Under the pieces are notes generated by a model. It was not told the DNA's origin. It was given only the letters and a program-made list of their open reading frames with translations, and searched no databases. This document shows, in pieces, positions 17,910 through 28,255 of a stretch of 52,834 bases of DNA (within the stretch, counting starts at the first letter, position 1; each line of letters begins with the position of its first letter). This DNA comes from Fimbriimonadales bacterium. GTDB lineage: Bacteria; Armatimonadota; Fimbriimonadia; Fimbriimonadales; ATM1. Both the position numbers and the translations under genes were made by a program. The stretch lies in contig JBPCLO010000016.1 of assembly GCA_051003155.1 (NCBI GenBank), positions 1 through 52,834 on the forward strand, written 5' to 3'.

Positions 17910-20687
17910 ATGCTTCGCTTACTGGGATACAGCCTAATCTTTGCTTTACCTTGCGCCCGGGCCGGAGACAACGCGGAATACACCTCCAAAATACACGAGT
18001 ACACGACCGAGAAGTTTTTCCTGACTGAGCTGGTCGACCATCTTCCCGCAGGCGATGCGGTTCCTTCTCCCGACAAGGTGATCGGCTACGTAATGGGCAC
18101 ACCGAACAAGCTCACCTATAGCGGCGAGTGCGCCCGCTACTATCGCGAGCTTGAAAAGGCTTCGCCTCGGATCAAGGTCGTTAGCATGGGCAAGAGCGAA
18201 GAGGGGCGGGAGATGGTCGTCGCGGTGATCAGCGATGAGATGAACCTCGCGAAGCTGGACCACTACAAGGGAATTACCAAACGGCTCGGCGATCCTCGCG
18301 GGCTCACCAGCGCAGACCCCTTCATTGCAGAGGGCCTTCCCTTCTATTGGGCGACCGGCGCAATGCATTCCACGGAGAGCGGCAGCCCGGAGATGCTGAT
18401 GGAGCTCGCGTACCGGCTGATCGTCGAGGAGACACAGTTCATCCGAGAAATACGCGAGAACAGTTTCGTTATGCTGACGCCCGTTTTGGAGACAGACGGG
18501 CGGGACCGATATGTGGACACTTACTATTATCGTAAGCAGAATCCGCGGAAGCCGCCGGTCCCGCTCGTCTACTGGGGCAAATACGTGGCTCATGACAACA
18601 ACCGCGACGGGATGGCGATCTCTCTCGCAATGAGCAAGAACCTGATGAGAACCTGGTTCGACTTCCACCCGCAAGTTCTGCACGATTTACATGAAAGCGT
18701 ACCATACTTATACATATCAACCGGGACTGGACCGTATAACTCTTGGCTCGACCCGATCACTATAGACGAGTGGCACATCCTCGCATACCACGAAGTGAAC
18801 GAAATGACACGGCGCGGCGTGCCAGGAGTTTGGACCCACGGCTTCTATGACGGGTGGGCGCCGAACTACGCCTTTTACGCGGCCAACGGCCACAACGCGA
18901 TTGGGCGATTTTACGAGACTTTCGGTGGAGGTGGAGCAGACACCGGGATTAGAAATGCCGGCAACACTTCTCGCGAATGGTTTCGTCCGAATCCGCCGTT
19001 CCCGAAGGTGCGTTGGAGCATACGCAACAACATCAACTTGCAGCAGAGCGCCCTGTTGATCGGCCTGCACAATGTGGCTACTAATAGAGAGGCGTTTCTT
19101 CGCAATTACTATACAAAATCACGACGAAGCATTGCGAAAGCGCGAAATGAGGGACCGGCAGCATACGTGCTTTCGGCGGATGAGCCGCGCAAGGGACAGC
19201 AGGCCGCCTTGCTCGGGTTGCTGGACCGTCAAGGGATAGAGATCAATCGGCTAACGCAGGCTACCGAGACGGCCGATGGCAAGTTCGGTGTGGGATCCTA
19301 TGTTATCCGGATGGATCAGCCTTACAGCCGCATGGCCGACATGCTGCTGGACAAGCAGTTCTATAGTCCGAACGATCCGTCACCTTATGACGATACGGGC
19401 TGGACCTTGGGACCGTTGTTCAATGTTGAGGTGATTCGATGCAAGGACATTAAGCTTTTGGACGCTCCGATGGCTCTTGTTGCGGAGCCATCTGTGCCCT
19501 TATCCCTGATCGTGGGCAAAGACGACAGGGCCGTTGTAATCCGCAATACGGCCGACTTGTCGTTGGCAAAGCTTCGATACCAATTACCTAAGACCAAAAT
19601 CGCAATGGCGAAGGGCGAGTTTAGCTACGAGAGCAAGAAGTGGCCGGCGGGGTCGCTCATTGCGGAAGGCGATCTCAACGAAGTGGTTGAGAAGCTACCG
19701 GAATTGCATATCATCGACGCCGCTGCCGGCCCCGTTCCGAACGTCGCGATGCGCTCGACCAGCGTAGCTAAAGTCGCTCTTGTCCACACGTGGACGAACA
19801 CCCAAGACGAAGGCTGGTATCGCCTGGCTTTTGACGACTTGAAGATTCCCTACTCGTATATCTCGGTACACGAAATTCGAGATACGGCCCATCTCAAGGG
19901 CAAGTACGACGTTATCATTCTAGGTCCCGGAGGCGGGTCACCCCAATCCTGGCTTACGGGCAGAACCGCCGCCGAGCCGATCCCATGGAAGCCACTGCCC
20001 GGTTTCAAGCACCTCGGCGGACCGGACACCTCCGATGACATCCGCGGCGGGCTCGACCTCGAAGGAGTCGTCCATGTGCGCAACTTCGTCAAGGACGGCG
20101 GCCTCCTCGTAACGATCGGTAACACGTGCGAAATCCCAATTGATTTCGGGATGGCACCTGGAGTTTCCATCAGCGAGCCGGCCGGCCTGCGCGCTCCTGG
20201 AGCGGTACTGCGAGTCGAGAACACGGGTGTTAAGAGCCCGGTGACCGCAGGTTATGACGAGAAGTTTGCCATGTACTTCGACCAGTCGCCCGTGCTCTCG
20301 GTTGGTGGCGCGTTCGGTGGCTTCGGTGGATTCGGGAGCGGGGGCGGCGGAACGCGTAGGGGCGGGGCCGATGAGGAGGACATCGTTCAGGGCCGCCCGC
20401 CTTATGAGCCGAAGAAGATGGAGGGCGATGTCGAGCAGCAGTCGTTTATGGCGCCCAATGCGAACCCGCCAAAGGCGCTCGTTACGTTCGCGCCGGAGAA
20501 GGAGCTCTTGATCAGCGGATTGCTGCAGGGAGGCTCTGCACTGGCGGGAAAGGCGGCGGTCGTCGACTGCAAGCTCGGCAAGGGTCACATCCTCATGTTC
20601 GCCGCCAACCCGATGTGGAGAATGCAGACGCACGGCAGCTATCAACTGCTGTTTAACGCGGCGATGTGTTGGAAAGATCTGGATTAA
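17910..20687 (+). CDS. Secreted M14-family zinc carboxypeptidase with C-terminal class I GATase-like domain
   Basis: HSTE (HxxE), DNNRD, DLHE motifs; signal peptide from ATG 17910. Confidence 0.85.
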   Translation: MLRLLGYSLIFALPCARAGDNAEYTSKIHEYTTEKFFLTELVDHLPAGDAVPSPDKVIGYVMGTPNKLTYSGECARYYRELEKASPRIKVVSMGKSEEGREMVVAVISDEMNLAKLDHYKGITKRLGDPRGLTSADPFIAEGLPFYWATGAMHSTESGSPEMLMELAYRLIVEETQFIREIRENSFVMLTPVLETDGRDRYVDTYYYRKQNPRKPPVPLVYWGKYVAHDNNRDGMAISLAMSKNLMRTWFDFHPQVLHDLHESVPYLYISTGTGPYNSWLDPITIDEWHILAYHEVNEMTRRGVPGVWTHGFYDGWAPNYAFYAANGHNAIGRFYETFGGGGADTGIRNAGNTSREWFRPNPPFPKVRWSIRNNINLQQSALLIGLHNVATNREAFLRNYYTKSRRSIAKARNEGPAAYVLSADEPRKGQQAALLGLLDRQGIEINRLTQATETADGKFGVGSYVIRMDQPYSRMADMLLDKQFYSPNDPSPYDDTGWTLGPLFNVEVIRCKDIKLLDAPMALVAEPSVPLSLIVGKDDRAVVIRNTADLSLAKLRYQLPKTKIAMAKGEFSYESKKWPAGSLIAEGDLNEVVEKLPELHIIDAAAGPVPNVAMRSTSVAKVALVHTWTNTQDEGWYRLAFDDLKIPYSYISVHEIRDTAHLKGKYDVIILGPGGGSPQSWLTGRTAAEPIPWKPLPGFKHLGGPDTSDDIRGGLDLEGVVHVRNFVKDGGLLVTIGNTCEIPIDFGMAPGVSISEPAGLRAPGAVLRVENTGVKSPVTAGYDEKFAMYFDQSPVLSVGGAFGGFGGFGSGGGGTRRGGADEEDIVQGRPPYEPKKMEGDVEQQSFMAPNANPPKALVTFAPEKELLISGLLQGGSALAGKAAVVDCKLGKGHILMFAANPMWRMQTHGSYQLLFNAAMCWKDLD

Positions 20688-20732
20688 CATCCTGGCCCAT
20701 CGCTAAGTGCCCCACGCGCCACAATTAGCCCA

Positions 20733-22978
20733 ATGCTCATCGCCGCCCTCCTCGCCGCCGTCGCACTCACACCGGTTGAGCCGGCCATCTTCCCACGCGC
20801 ACAGGAAGTGCGGCACTCCCGCGAAGCGCCGTTCCTATTGAACCAGAACACCGTCGTGGTCGATCCCGCGGGACAGTTCAATATACTTCACGACCTCCTG
20901 AAGCGCGCCGCAGGCGTGACACTCACACGCAAAGACGCAGCCCCCCAACTGAACTACATCCGCCTTGGAAGGACGCGGACGCTTCCCCCCGGCGGCTACA
21001 CGATGAGCGTCACGCAGACCGCCATCGAGATCGCCTATCCAGACGACGCCGGCGCCTTCCACGCGGTGCAGACCCTGCGCCAACTTCTCCCTCCTCAAAT
21101 TGAAAGCACCCGTCGGACATCCGCCAACTGGGAGATTCCTGCCGTCGAAATCAAGGACTGGCCGCGATTTCCGTGGCGGGGGATGCATCTCGACGTCTCC
21201 CGCCACTTCTTCAAGGCCACCTACATCAAGAAGTTCATCGACTACCTCGCGATGCACAAGATGAACACCTTCCACTGGCATCTCGTCGACGACGGCGGCT
21301 GGCGGCAGGAGTCGAAACGCTTCCCGAAACTGACCGCGGTTGGCGCCTGGCGAACCGACACCGGAGAAATCTGGCCGGGAGGCGCGTGGAACATGGGCAA
21401 CCTCGAGTTCCCCGGTAAGGAAAGCGGGAAGAAGCTCTACGGCGGCTTCTACACACAAAAGGAAATCCGCGACATCGTGAAGTACGCGAAGAAACGCCAC
21501 GTCACGGTCGTCCCCGAGATCGAGATGCCGGGCCACGCCCTCCCAGCGCTCGTCGCCTACCCCGAGCTCGGCTGCCAAAACATCGCGGCGGCCGGCCTCC
21601 CACGCACCAACGTGTTCTGCGTCGGGAACGACAAGACCCTCACATTCCTCGAAGACATCCTCGACGAAACGATCGGTCTCTTCCCTTCCAAGTTCATCCA
21701 CATCGGCGCCGACGAGGTCTGGAAAGGCTTGTGGAAGAACTGCCCACGCTGCCAGGCGCGCATCAACGCCGAGGGTTTGAAGGACGAAGACGAGCTCCAA
21801 AGCTGGTTCGTCAAGCGTATGGAGCGGCACCTCGCAAAGCGCGGCCGCAGGCTGATCGGATGGGACGAGATACTCGAAGGCGGGCTCGCCCCGGGCGCGG
21901 CGGTGATGAGTTGGCGCGGCATCGACGGCGGCATCGCCGCCGCGAAGGCCGGCCACGATGTCGTGATGTCGCCGACGTCGCACTGCTACTTCGACTACTC
22001 CTACGCGACTACTTCTACCGAGAAGGCGTATTCTTACGAACCCGTTCCATCGCAACTGAACGCCGAGCAGGCGAAGCACATACTCGGCGCGCAAGCCAAC
22101 GTTTGGACAGAATTCATCGCCACCGAGCAGCGCGTGGACGAAATGATCTTTCCACGGATGCTCGGCATCGCCGAAGGCGTCTGGACCATGCCGAAGCGGC
22201 GCAACTTCGCCGACTTCAAGCGCCGCCTCGACGCCTATTACAAGCGGCTCGACATCATGGGCACGGCCTACTATCTCGAAGCGCCACGCGTCGGCGAGTC
22301 GGCGATCTTCTTCGACGAAAGCGCGGAGGTCGCCGTCGACAATGCGAAGTCCGTCCCTTTCGTCCTTCGCTACACGCTCGACGGCTTCGTGCCCACAACC
22401 AAGAGTCTCGAGTACACCGGGCCGATCGGCGTGACGAACGACTGCGACGTAACGTTTGCCTACGTCACTTCGGCGGGTCGCTCGGGCGATCCGGTTCGAG
22501 TGCAGTGCCGCAAAGTCAAGCCGCGCCAGGGCAGCGCCGGCCTTGTGCCGGGTATTGGGGTCAAGGCTTACGAAGGGACTTGGACTAAACTCCCCAACTT
22601 TTCCGAGCTCCGCGAGAAAACCTGGGGGCGCACGCCTTCTATCGACCTCGCCAACGCCCGCGTGGCGAAAACTATGCTCTTCACTTCACCGGGTGGTTCC
22701 AGGCGAGCGAAGATGGCGTGCATGAATTCCATCTCGGGAGCGATGACGGGTCGAGGCTTCGGATTGGCGGCGCGACGATCGTGGAGCAAGACGGACCACA
22801 AGCTTACGCGGAGAAGAGCGGTAAGGTTCGGCTGAAGCGCGGCCTGCACGCCATTGATATCCAGTACTTCCAGATCGGCGGCGCCCAGCGCCTAACCCTC
22901 GATGTGACGCCTCCGGGTGGCAGCAGGCGACCAGCGACGAATCTCTTCTGCGATGTCCCGGAAAGGAGGGCTCCCTAG
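20733..22978 (+). CDS. GH20 beta-N-acetylhexosaminidase with FN3-like/CHB and C-terminal PA14 domain (frameshift near 22654)
   Basis: RGMHLDVSRHF, FHWHLVDD, PEIEMPGH, HIGADE catalytic pair, ANVWTE; the shifted frame continues ENYALHFTGWF...LGSDDGSRL (PA14). Confidence 0.9.
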
Positions 22979-23185
22979 CACCGCTGGGGTTGGATCCACC
23001 TGGTCAGGTGCTACTGAGGCGCGCGGTTTGGAGCGTCAAACCGGCGGACACGAGCGACGTTGCTTAGAACCTCGCTGAAGTGGACAGGCCGACGACTAGC
23101 AACAGCGCCGGCAGATCCCATTCGAATCTCGAAAAAGTACCACGGCATAACCGGATGATTCAGTGAAGGTACAAGGGCCGCCAGA

Positions 23186-23869
23186 TTACGGACGACGACG
23201 TTTGCGCCAGGCAATCACCCCAAGCCCCCCGAGCATGGCAGCTATCGTCGCCGGCTCGGGGATCAGGTTGTTTCCGAAGCCCATCGAAAAATCCCAGGTG
23301 TCCTTCCCGAGCCAGACGGTTGTCGGGTCGAACTCCGCGCCGAATGTGTCGCTATCGTAATACGTGTTGCCGTCACCGAGCGGTTGGCCAGTGCCACCGT
23401 CCCCGTCGGTCGTGGGCAGGTAGTAATGTCCCGTACCGTCGCCGACCGGGGTGACACTGAACCAGTAGTGACCCGGCTCTAGCGATAACCTCGCAATGTC
23501 TGCGTAAATCTTCCAATGGTTGAATCCAATTTCTAACATGGCCGCGGGCTCGGTTCCCGATGCGATAAGGTCGCCTCCATTGCCCGGACCGACGTTTTGG
23601 CGAAACTCGTAGTAGAGCTGGCTCGCGACTGGTTTGTCGATCAGGAAATTGCCAAAAACCCACTCGATGACATAGTGACCTCCGGGGATCTCAAAATTAT
23701 CATAAATGCGGGCATCTTCGATCGCCGTGTTTCTGCCAGATTCCAGAAACGCCCTATTATCCATATTGCCGCCGTAGAACAGTTCGCCGTAAGGCTGGGC
23801 AGCGGCATGCACGCTAAGGGCCATCAAGACTGCCATAAACAAGATTGTCGTAAGCGCAGATTTTCTCAT
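23186..23869 (-). CDS. PEP-CTERM sorting-domain surface protein
   Basis: Signal peptide; C-terminal IPEPATIAAMLGGLGVIAWRKRRR; AAGGAG SD. Confidence 0.9.
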   Translation of the reverse strand: MRKSALTTILFMAVLMALSVHAAAQPYGELFYGGNMDNRAFLESGRNTAIEDARIYDNFEIPGGHYVIEWVFGNFLIDKPVASQLYYEFRQNVGPGNGGDLIASGTEPAAMLEIGFNHWKIYADIARLSLEPGHYWFSVTPVGDGTGHYYLPTTDGDGGTGQPLGDGNTYYDSDTFGAEFDPTTVWLGKDTWDFSMGFGNNLIPEPATIAAMLGGLGVIAWRKRRRP

Positions 23870-23890
23870 ATATTTTCTCCTTAAAGGGGG

Positions 23891-25077
23891 TTACGAATGG
23901 GTGATCGTCCATTTAACTTGGTCGATTTCGACTTTCCAAGAGAGGGTGTTAAGCGGTCCGACCTCGTACCACCCCACGCGGGCCAGGACTTCCTCTCTGC
24001 CTCCCGGTTTGACGAAGTGTTGAGGGTTCACGATTGGACCGATCGTGACCACCGTGTCCGTGCTCGAAGGGGTCGTGGTCGATACCTGTTGCCAAGAGGT
24101 CGTCTCGAAGTTGTAAAGCTGGACCCTCTGCTCCACGTTCGTTAGCGGAAAGGCAGTGCAGCGGCTTTCGATTGTGAAAGTGAGGTTCCCGACGTCGGCC
24201 CTAAGGTGAGGAGCGTAACCGTCGAACTCAACCCGCACGCTCGGAGCTCCCGGAACAACAGGAGGAATCGAGTCTATCGGCGCCCTGACATCATCCGATT
24301 TGAAGATGTTCTCCTCGTTGAGGTCATAGACAACGCCCTCGGTTATCCGGGTGTGGTGGCAAAGGGTGAAGCCGGTGCTGAATCCCAAGATCCAAAGTTG
24401 TGCCGCGCTAACCCTTTGCGCAATTGTCACATCTCCGGGCTTCGCGGGATAGCTTGAGACGTTCGTCGGAACGCCGATCAGGGTGACCTGATCGGATACG
24501 GTGGCGAACACCGCTCCTCCGGAATCTCCTGGGGCTGCTATGCAATAGGCTGGATTCTGACCTCCGTCAAAGAGCAGGCGAATATCTTTGTCCAAGACCG
24601 TTTGGACTACCGACGCGCCCTGTCTACGGGTGCCGTAGGTCCCGGGCACGGGATTCCACCCCTCGCCCTGAGTATACTCGCCCCTCTGCCCGTAGCCGAC
24701 CATCGTGACGGGCATGTTGAGCTCACTCGACCCTGTGTAAATTGGATAGTACTGGCCGACGGGAACCGGATCCTGGACCTCGACTACGGCGAGATCGAAC
24801 TGAACCGACCCTTGTTCCGGAAATCTCTTTACGTTCACCGAAATGTATTCGGTCGTACCGATCGTTATCAAGAAGTCATCGTCCACAACGCCTCCGCCGA
24901 TGTTATGGCGGGCGGTTAGGACGTACCGCGAGCCGATTGCGACGCAACTCGCAGGGGAGACCCGGTCCCCTGCAATTTCACGAAACTTTCCGACGTATTG
25001 GTACCCGGTGGACGTTATTCCAGGAATTATCGCCGCGGGGGGACAGCTAACGATGTCAGGAACAGAGTCGCAAACAC
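23891..25077 (-). CDS. Secreted trypsin-like (S1) serine protease with ~160-aa C-terminal beta domain; signal peptide out of frame at a G6 run
   Basis: VLTARH / DLAVV / GDSGG triad. GTG 25077 gives MFATLFLTSLAVP and joins AAIIPG if one base is added at 25037-25042. Confidence 0.8.
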
Positions 25078-25159
25078 GATGGCATTGTATCACGCGTCAG
25101 CGAAGAACGAAAGCAAAGCGGCACAACCTAGTAGTACTACGGGGTCGTGCCTGAGCGCG

Positions 25160-25261
25160 TGGAGAGCGGAGCGAACCGGGTGAGGGCTAGAGCTCGCGCC
25201 TTCCGCCAAAGGAGAGCCCTCATCCGGCCTTCGGCCACCTTCTCCCACAAGGGGAGAAGGG
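25160..25261. repeat. REP/REPIN-like inverted element
   Basis: CCGGGTGAGGG ... CCCTCATCCGGCC-TTC-GGCCA-CCTTCTCCC-acaag-GGGAGAAGG nested palindromes. Confidence 0.7.
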
Positions 25262-25276
25262 ACTGATTCAGAGCCG

Positions 25277-26602
25277 TTAATCGAGGGCGGCGGAGAGCGC
25301 TTCAGCGAAGGAGTCGATCTGCGCTTTCGTGCGAACCTCGGTGACGGCGACGAGGAGGCAATTCCGCATCTCGGGATAGAACTCGCCGAGCGGGAGGCCG
25401 ACGAGAATGCCTTGTTTCAGGAGCCGGTCGCGGACGGGGGCGGCGTCCTGGCCGAGGTCCAGCGTGAACTCGAAGGCGAAAGGCGCCTCGGGGTAGCGGA
25501 GCGACACGCCCGGAAGCGCGGTGAGGAGCGCGGCGGCGTAGTGCGCCTTTTGGACGCTCGCCTCGGCGATCTGCTGGAAGCCGCCTTTGCCCAGCGCGCT
25601 CATCCAAACCGTCGTGCAGAGGGCCATCAGCGCTTGGTTGGTGCAGATGTTGCTCGTGGCTTTCTCGCGGCGGATGTCCTGCTCGCGTGTGCGGAGGGTC
25701 ATGACGAAGCCGCGGCGACCGTCCTTGTCGTGCGTCCTCCCAACGATCCGGCCCGGGATCGACCGGACCAAGGCGCGCCGCACGCAGAAGTAGCCGACGA
25801 GCGGCCCGCCGTAGCCCATGGGCACTCCGAGCGGCTGAGCCTCGCCAACGACGACGTCGCACTCCATCGCGCCAGGAGGCTCGATTGCGCCGAGCGCGAC
25901 GGGCTCGCAAGCCGCGATCGCGAGGGCGCCGTGGGCGTGTGCCTCGCGGATGATCGTGCGCGGATCGCTTATCCTGCCGAAGAAATCGGGGTACTGGAAG
26001 AGCACGCACGCGACATCCCTGTCGAGGCGCTCGTGCGCGAAGGCGGCGGGCACTTCTTCGACCTCGACGCCGATCGCTCCGCAGAAGGTGCGGACTGCGT
26101 TTTTGTAGTGCGGATGGATCGAATCGGATATCACGATCTTGTCGCGCGCGGTTATCCCATGTGCCATCACTGCCGCCTCGGCGAGGGCGGTCGCGCCGTC
26201 GTACATGCTGGCGTTGCAGACCTCCATGCCGGTGATCGCGCAGATCATGGACTGGAATTCGTAGATCGTTTGCAGGTAGCCCTGGCTGACCTCGGGTTGG
26301 TAGGGGGTGTAGGCCGAGAGGAACTCGCCGCGGCTGATGAGCTCCAAGACGATGGCGGGGATGTAATGCTCATAAATGCCCGCGCCGAGGAAGTTAACCG
26401 TGTTGTCGAGGGATTGGTTGAGTTTGGCGATTTCGTCGAGGGCGACGCCGATCGCGTGCTCGTCGAGACCCTCGGGGATGCTCAGCTCGCCCTTGACTCG
26501 GAGGTTCTCGGGGATTTCGCGGAAGAGTTCGTCGATGGTCGCAACGCCGATGGTCTTGAGCATGTGCTCGCGGTCGGCATCGGTGTGCGGAATGTACGGC
26601 AT
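25277..26602 (-). CDS. gcvPA: Glycine dehydrogenase (decarboxylating) subunit 1
   Basis: MPYIPHT, FLGAGIY.HYIP, AYTPYQPEVSQG, NASMYDGATA, REQDIRREKATSNICTNQ. Confidence 0.97.
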   Translation of the reverse strand: MPYIPHTDADREHMLKTIGVATIDELFREIPENLRVKGELSIPEGLDEHAIGVALDEIAKLNQSLDNTVNFLGAGIYEHYIPAIVLELISRGEFLSAYTPYQPEVSQGYLQTIYEFQSMICAITGMEVCNASMYDGATALAEAAVMAHGITARDKIVISDSIHPHYKNAVRTFCGAIGVEVEEVPAAFAHERLDRDVACVLFQYPDFFGRISDPRTIIREAHAHGALAIAACEPVALGAIEPPGAMECDVVVGEAQPLGVPMGYGGPLVGYFCVRRALVRSIPGRIVGRTHDKDGRRGFVMTLRTREQDIRREKATSNICTNQALMALCTTVWMSALGKGGFQQIAEASVQKAHYAAALLTALPGVSLRYPEAPFAFEFTLDLGQDAAPVRDRLLKQGILVGLPLGEFYPEMRNCLLVAVTEVRTKAQIDSFAEALSAALD

Positions 26603-26679
26603 AGGGGCGGTGGGATTTTACCTATCGCCGCTTATCGGAAACCGGCGCGGGTTGGGACTGCATCTAAGTCGATGGTATA

Positions 26680-27334
26680 GTGATCGGCGCTACCCGCTTG
26701 AACCAAGAGAGGCATCCCGCAAACCGCGCCGCGGCTCGTGTTTGCGTGGCAATCGCGACTCGATCGGGCGTACTGGGTTATCGTCCCATAGACCAATTGC
26801 AGCTGCAAGTCGGCAACGGGCCTTGGCGCGGCTCGGCCGAATCCTACGTCGATTTGCATCCGGTCGGCTACCAAGATTCGTCTGTGCGTGGCGTTCACAG
26901 TGGACAGCAGGTGGGTTGGGCACATCCTGGCGACGGCTACGCTCGCGCCACCATATGGTATGGGAAGAATACTGGCTTTACAAATCTTACTCCCGAAGCG
27001 GGCTGGCGGAGTTCGGCATACGCCACGAATGGAGTACAACAGGTGGGCCAGGCAGGACTACCCGGAAGCTTCGAGCAGGCAGCGGTGTGGGCGGGCACCG
27101 CATCGAGCCTCCAGCTCTTGAGCGACTATCTGCCTGCGGGCTATGGCTATTCAATCGCTCTGGGAATCGGCGAAGACGGCAGAATCGTTGGATGGGCACA
27201 CCCCTTGCAATCCAACTCCGCCCACGCCCTGCTGTGGACCGGTGCCCGAACCTTCGGTTGCTACCGCCCTAGGCTTTGCTTGTGTGTCGCTCGTGTTTCG
27301 ACGTAGGCGGCGGCTTCAGTCGCAAGCCCAGTAG
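26680..27334 (+). pseudogene. Degenerate PEP-CTERM protein with QQVG / W.G.A.S.VDLHP repeats
   Basis: WRGSAESYVDLHP..QQVG..QQVG..HALLW; a frameshift near 27238 separates PVPEPSVATALGFACVSLVFRRRRR; no intact signal peptide. Confidence 0.75.
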
Positions 27335-28074
27335 TACGTCCCCGACTCCGTATGCGGATCGCCTGAGCGGTGCCCGTCGGGATCGACGAGTGCGTTGTCG
27401 AAGTTCGTCGTGCCGGAGATGTTCTTCGCGTGCGTGTCGGCGAAGATCATGTTACCGCCGGTGGCATGCCATCTCTGGTAGTAATTCCACGGCGGATCGC
27501 AGTCGTAGCCGTATCGCTCGCAAGCATCCGGCACGTTGGCGCGGTCGAAAATCGGGAACATCTCGTCGCGGATGATCCGAGTTTCGGCGGGAGAAGAGAT
27601 GGATGATTCACTCACGATAGCGGTGTAATCGTAAGGGTTGTTGTTCCCGCTCGATTCTCCCTCGACGACCGAGAACATGCACTTTGTGAAGCGGTAGCTG
27701 CTGCCGTAGGCCACCCAGTACGTAGTCGCGCCGGGGACGTCTTGCCCTACGTACGGGCCACCGAAATCCAGCGGGCATCGGAAAACGTCCTTGCCTCCGG
27801 TGTAAGGATAGAGCTGCGTCTCCACGCCCTTATGCCCTTCCTGTCCGGAAGGCGGCCGGGACATGTACGCGTAAAAGATCGGCATTACGCCGTCGCTGTC
27901 GCTGAGATACATCGCGACGGCTTTGCCGACTTGGTTGCAATTGCTAAGGCACGCCGTTCTCTTCGCGGCCTCTTTCGCACGAGAAAGAACCGGAAAGAGA
28001 ATAGCGGCGAGGATCGCGATGATCGCGATAACGACCAAGAGTTCGACCAAGGTAAATGCTCTACGTTGCTTCAT
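27316..28074 (-). CDS. Prepilin-type N-terminal cleavage/methylation protein (DUF1559 / H-X9-DG-like pseudopilin)
   Basis: [33 protein letters not shown]....CLSN..Q..AV.MY..D.D; C-terminal [25 protein letters not shown]. Confidence 0.93.
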   Translation of the reverse strand: MKQRRAFTLVELLVVIAIIAILAAILFPVLSRAKEAAKRTACLSNCNQVGKAVAMYLSDSDGVMPIFYAYMSRPPSGQEGHKGVETQLYPYTGGKDVFRCPLDFGGPYVGQDVPGATTYWVAYGSSYRFTKCMFSVVEGESSGNNNPYDYTAIVSESSISSPAETRIIRDEMFPIFDRANVPDACERYGYDCDPPWNYYQRWHATGGNMIFADTHAKNISGTTNFDNALVDPDGHRSGDPHTESGTYYWACD

Positions 28075-28092
28075 TTTCTGCTCCTTTGAAGC

Positions 28093-28119
28093 AAAAAGCC
28101 GTTCCACGCGGAACGGCTT
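28093..28119 (-). terminator. Intrinsic terminator of the TPP riboswitch expression platform
   Basis: AAGCCGTTCC-gcgt-GGAACGGCTT-TTT on the minus strand. Confidence 0.85.
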
Positions 28120-28135
28120 CGAAAATGAATCCCGT

Positions 28136-28223
28136 CCGCTTTCCTACGCCGGTATTAACCGAATCAGGTTCAAGGGTCTCCTGGCGGTCCAGGACTCTCA
28201 GCCCATCAGGGCTCCCCTAGCGG
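28136..28223 (-). ncRNA. TPP riboswitch (thi-box) aptamer
   Basis: Minus strand CCGCUaGGGGAGCCCugauGGGCUGAGA..stem..GACCCUUGAACCUGAUUCGGUUAAUACCGGCGUAGGAaAGCGG contains the conserved UGAGA, ACCUGAU, UAAU and GCGUAGG elements and a closing P1. Confidence 0.95.
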
Positions 28224-28249
28224 GAAATGGCTTTCGCCTCTTAGGAGGG

Positions 28250-28255
28250 ATTCTA
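28250..28255 (-). promoter_or_regulatory. -10 element (TAGAAT) for the riboswitch transcript
   Basis: ggTAGAAT about 27 nt upstream of the aptamer. Confidence 0.55.

Noticed and set aside
25412..26680. Long antisense ORFs (also 20835..22094, 10780..11739, 50398..51582)
   Set aside because: Shadow ORFs opposite well-supported GC-rich genes
26603..26700. Glycine riboswitch upstream of gcvPA or gcvPB
   Set aside because: No aptamer motifs; -10 boxes lie 12-14 nt from the start codons, leaving no room
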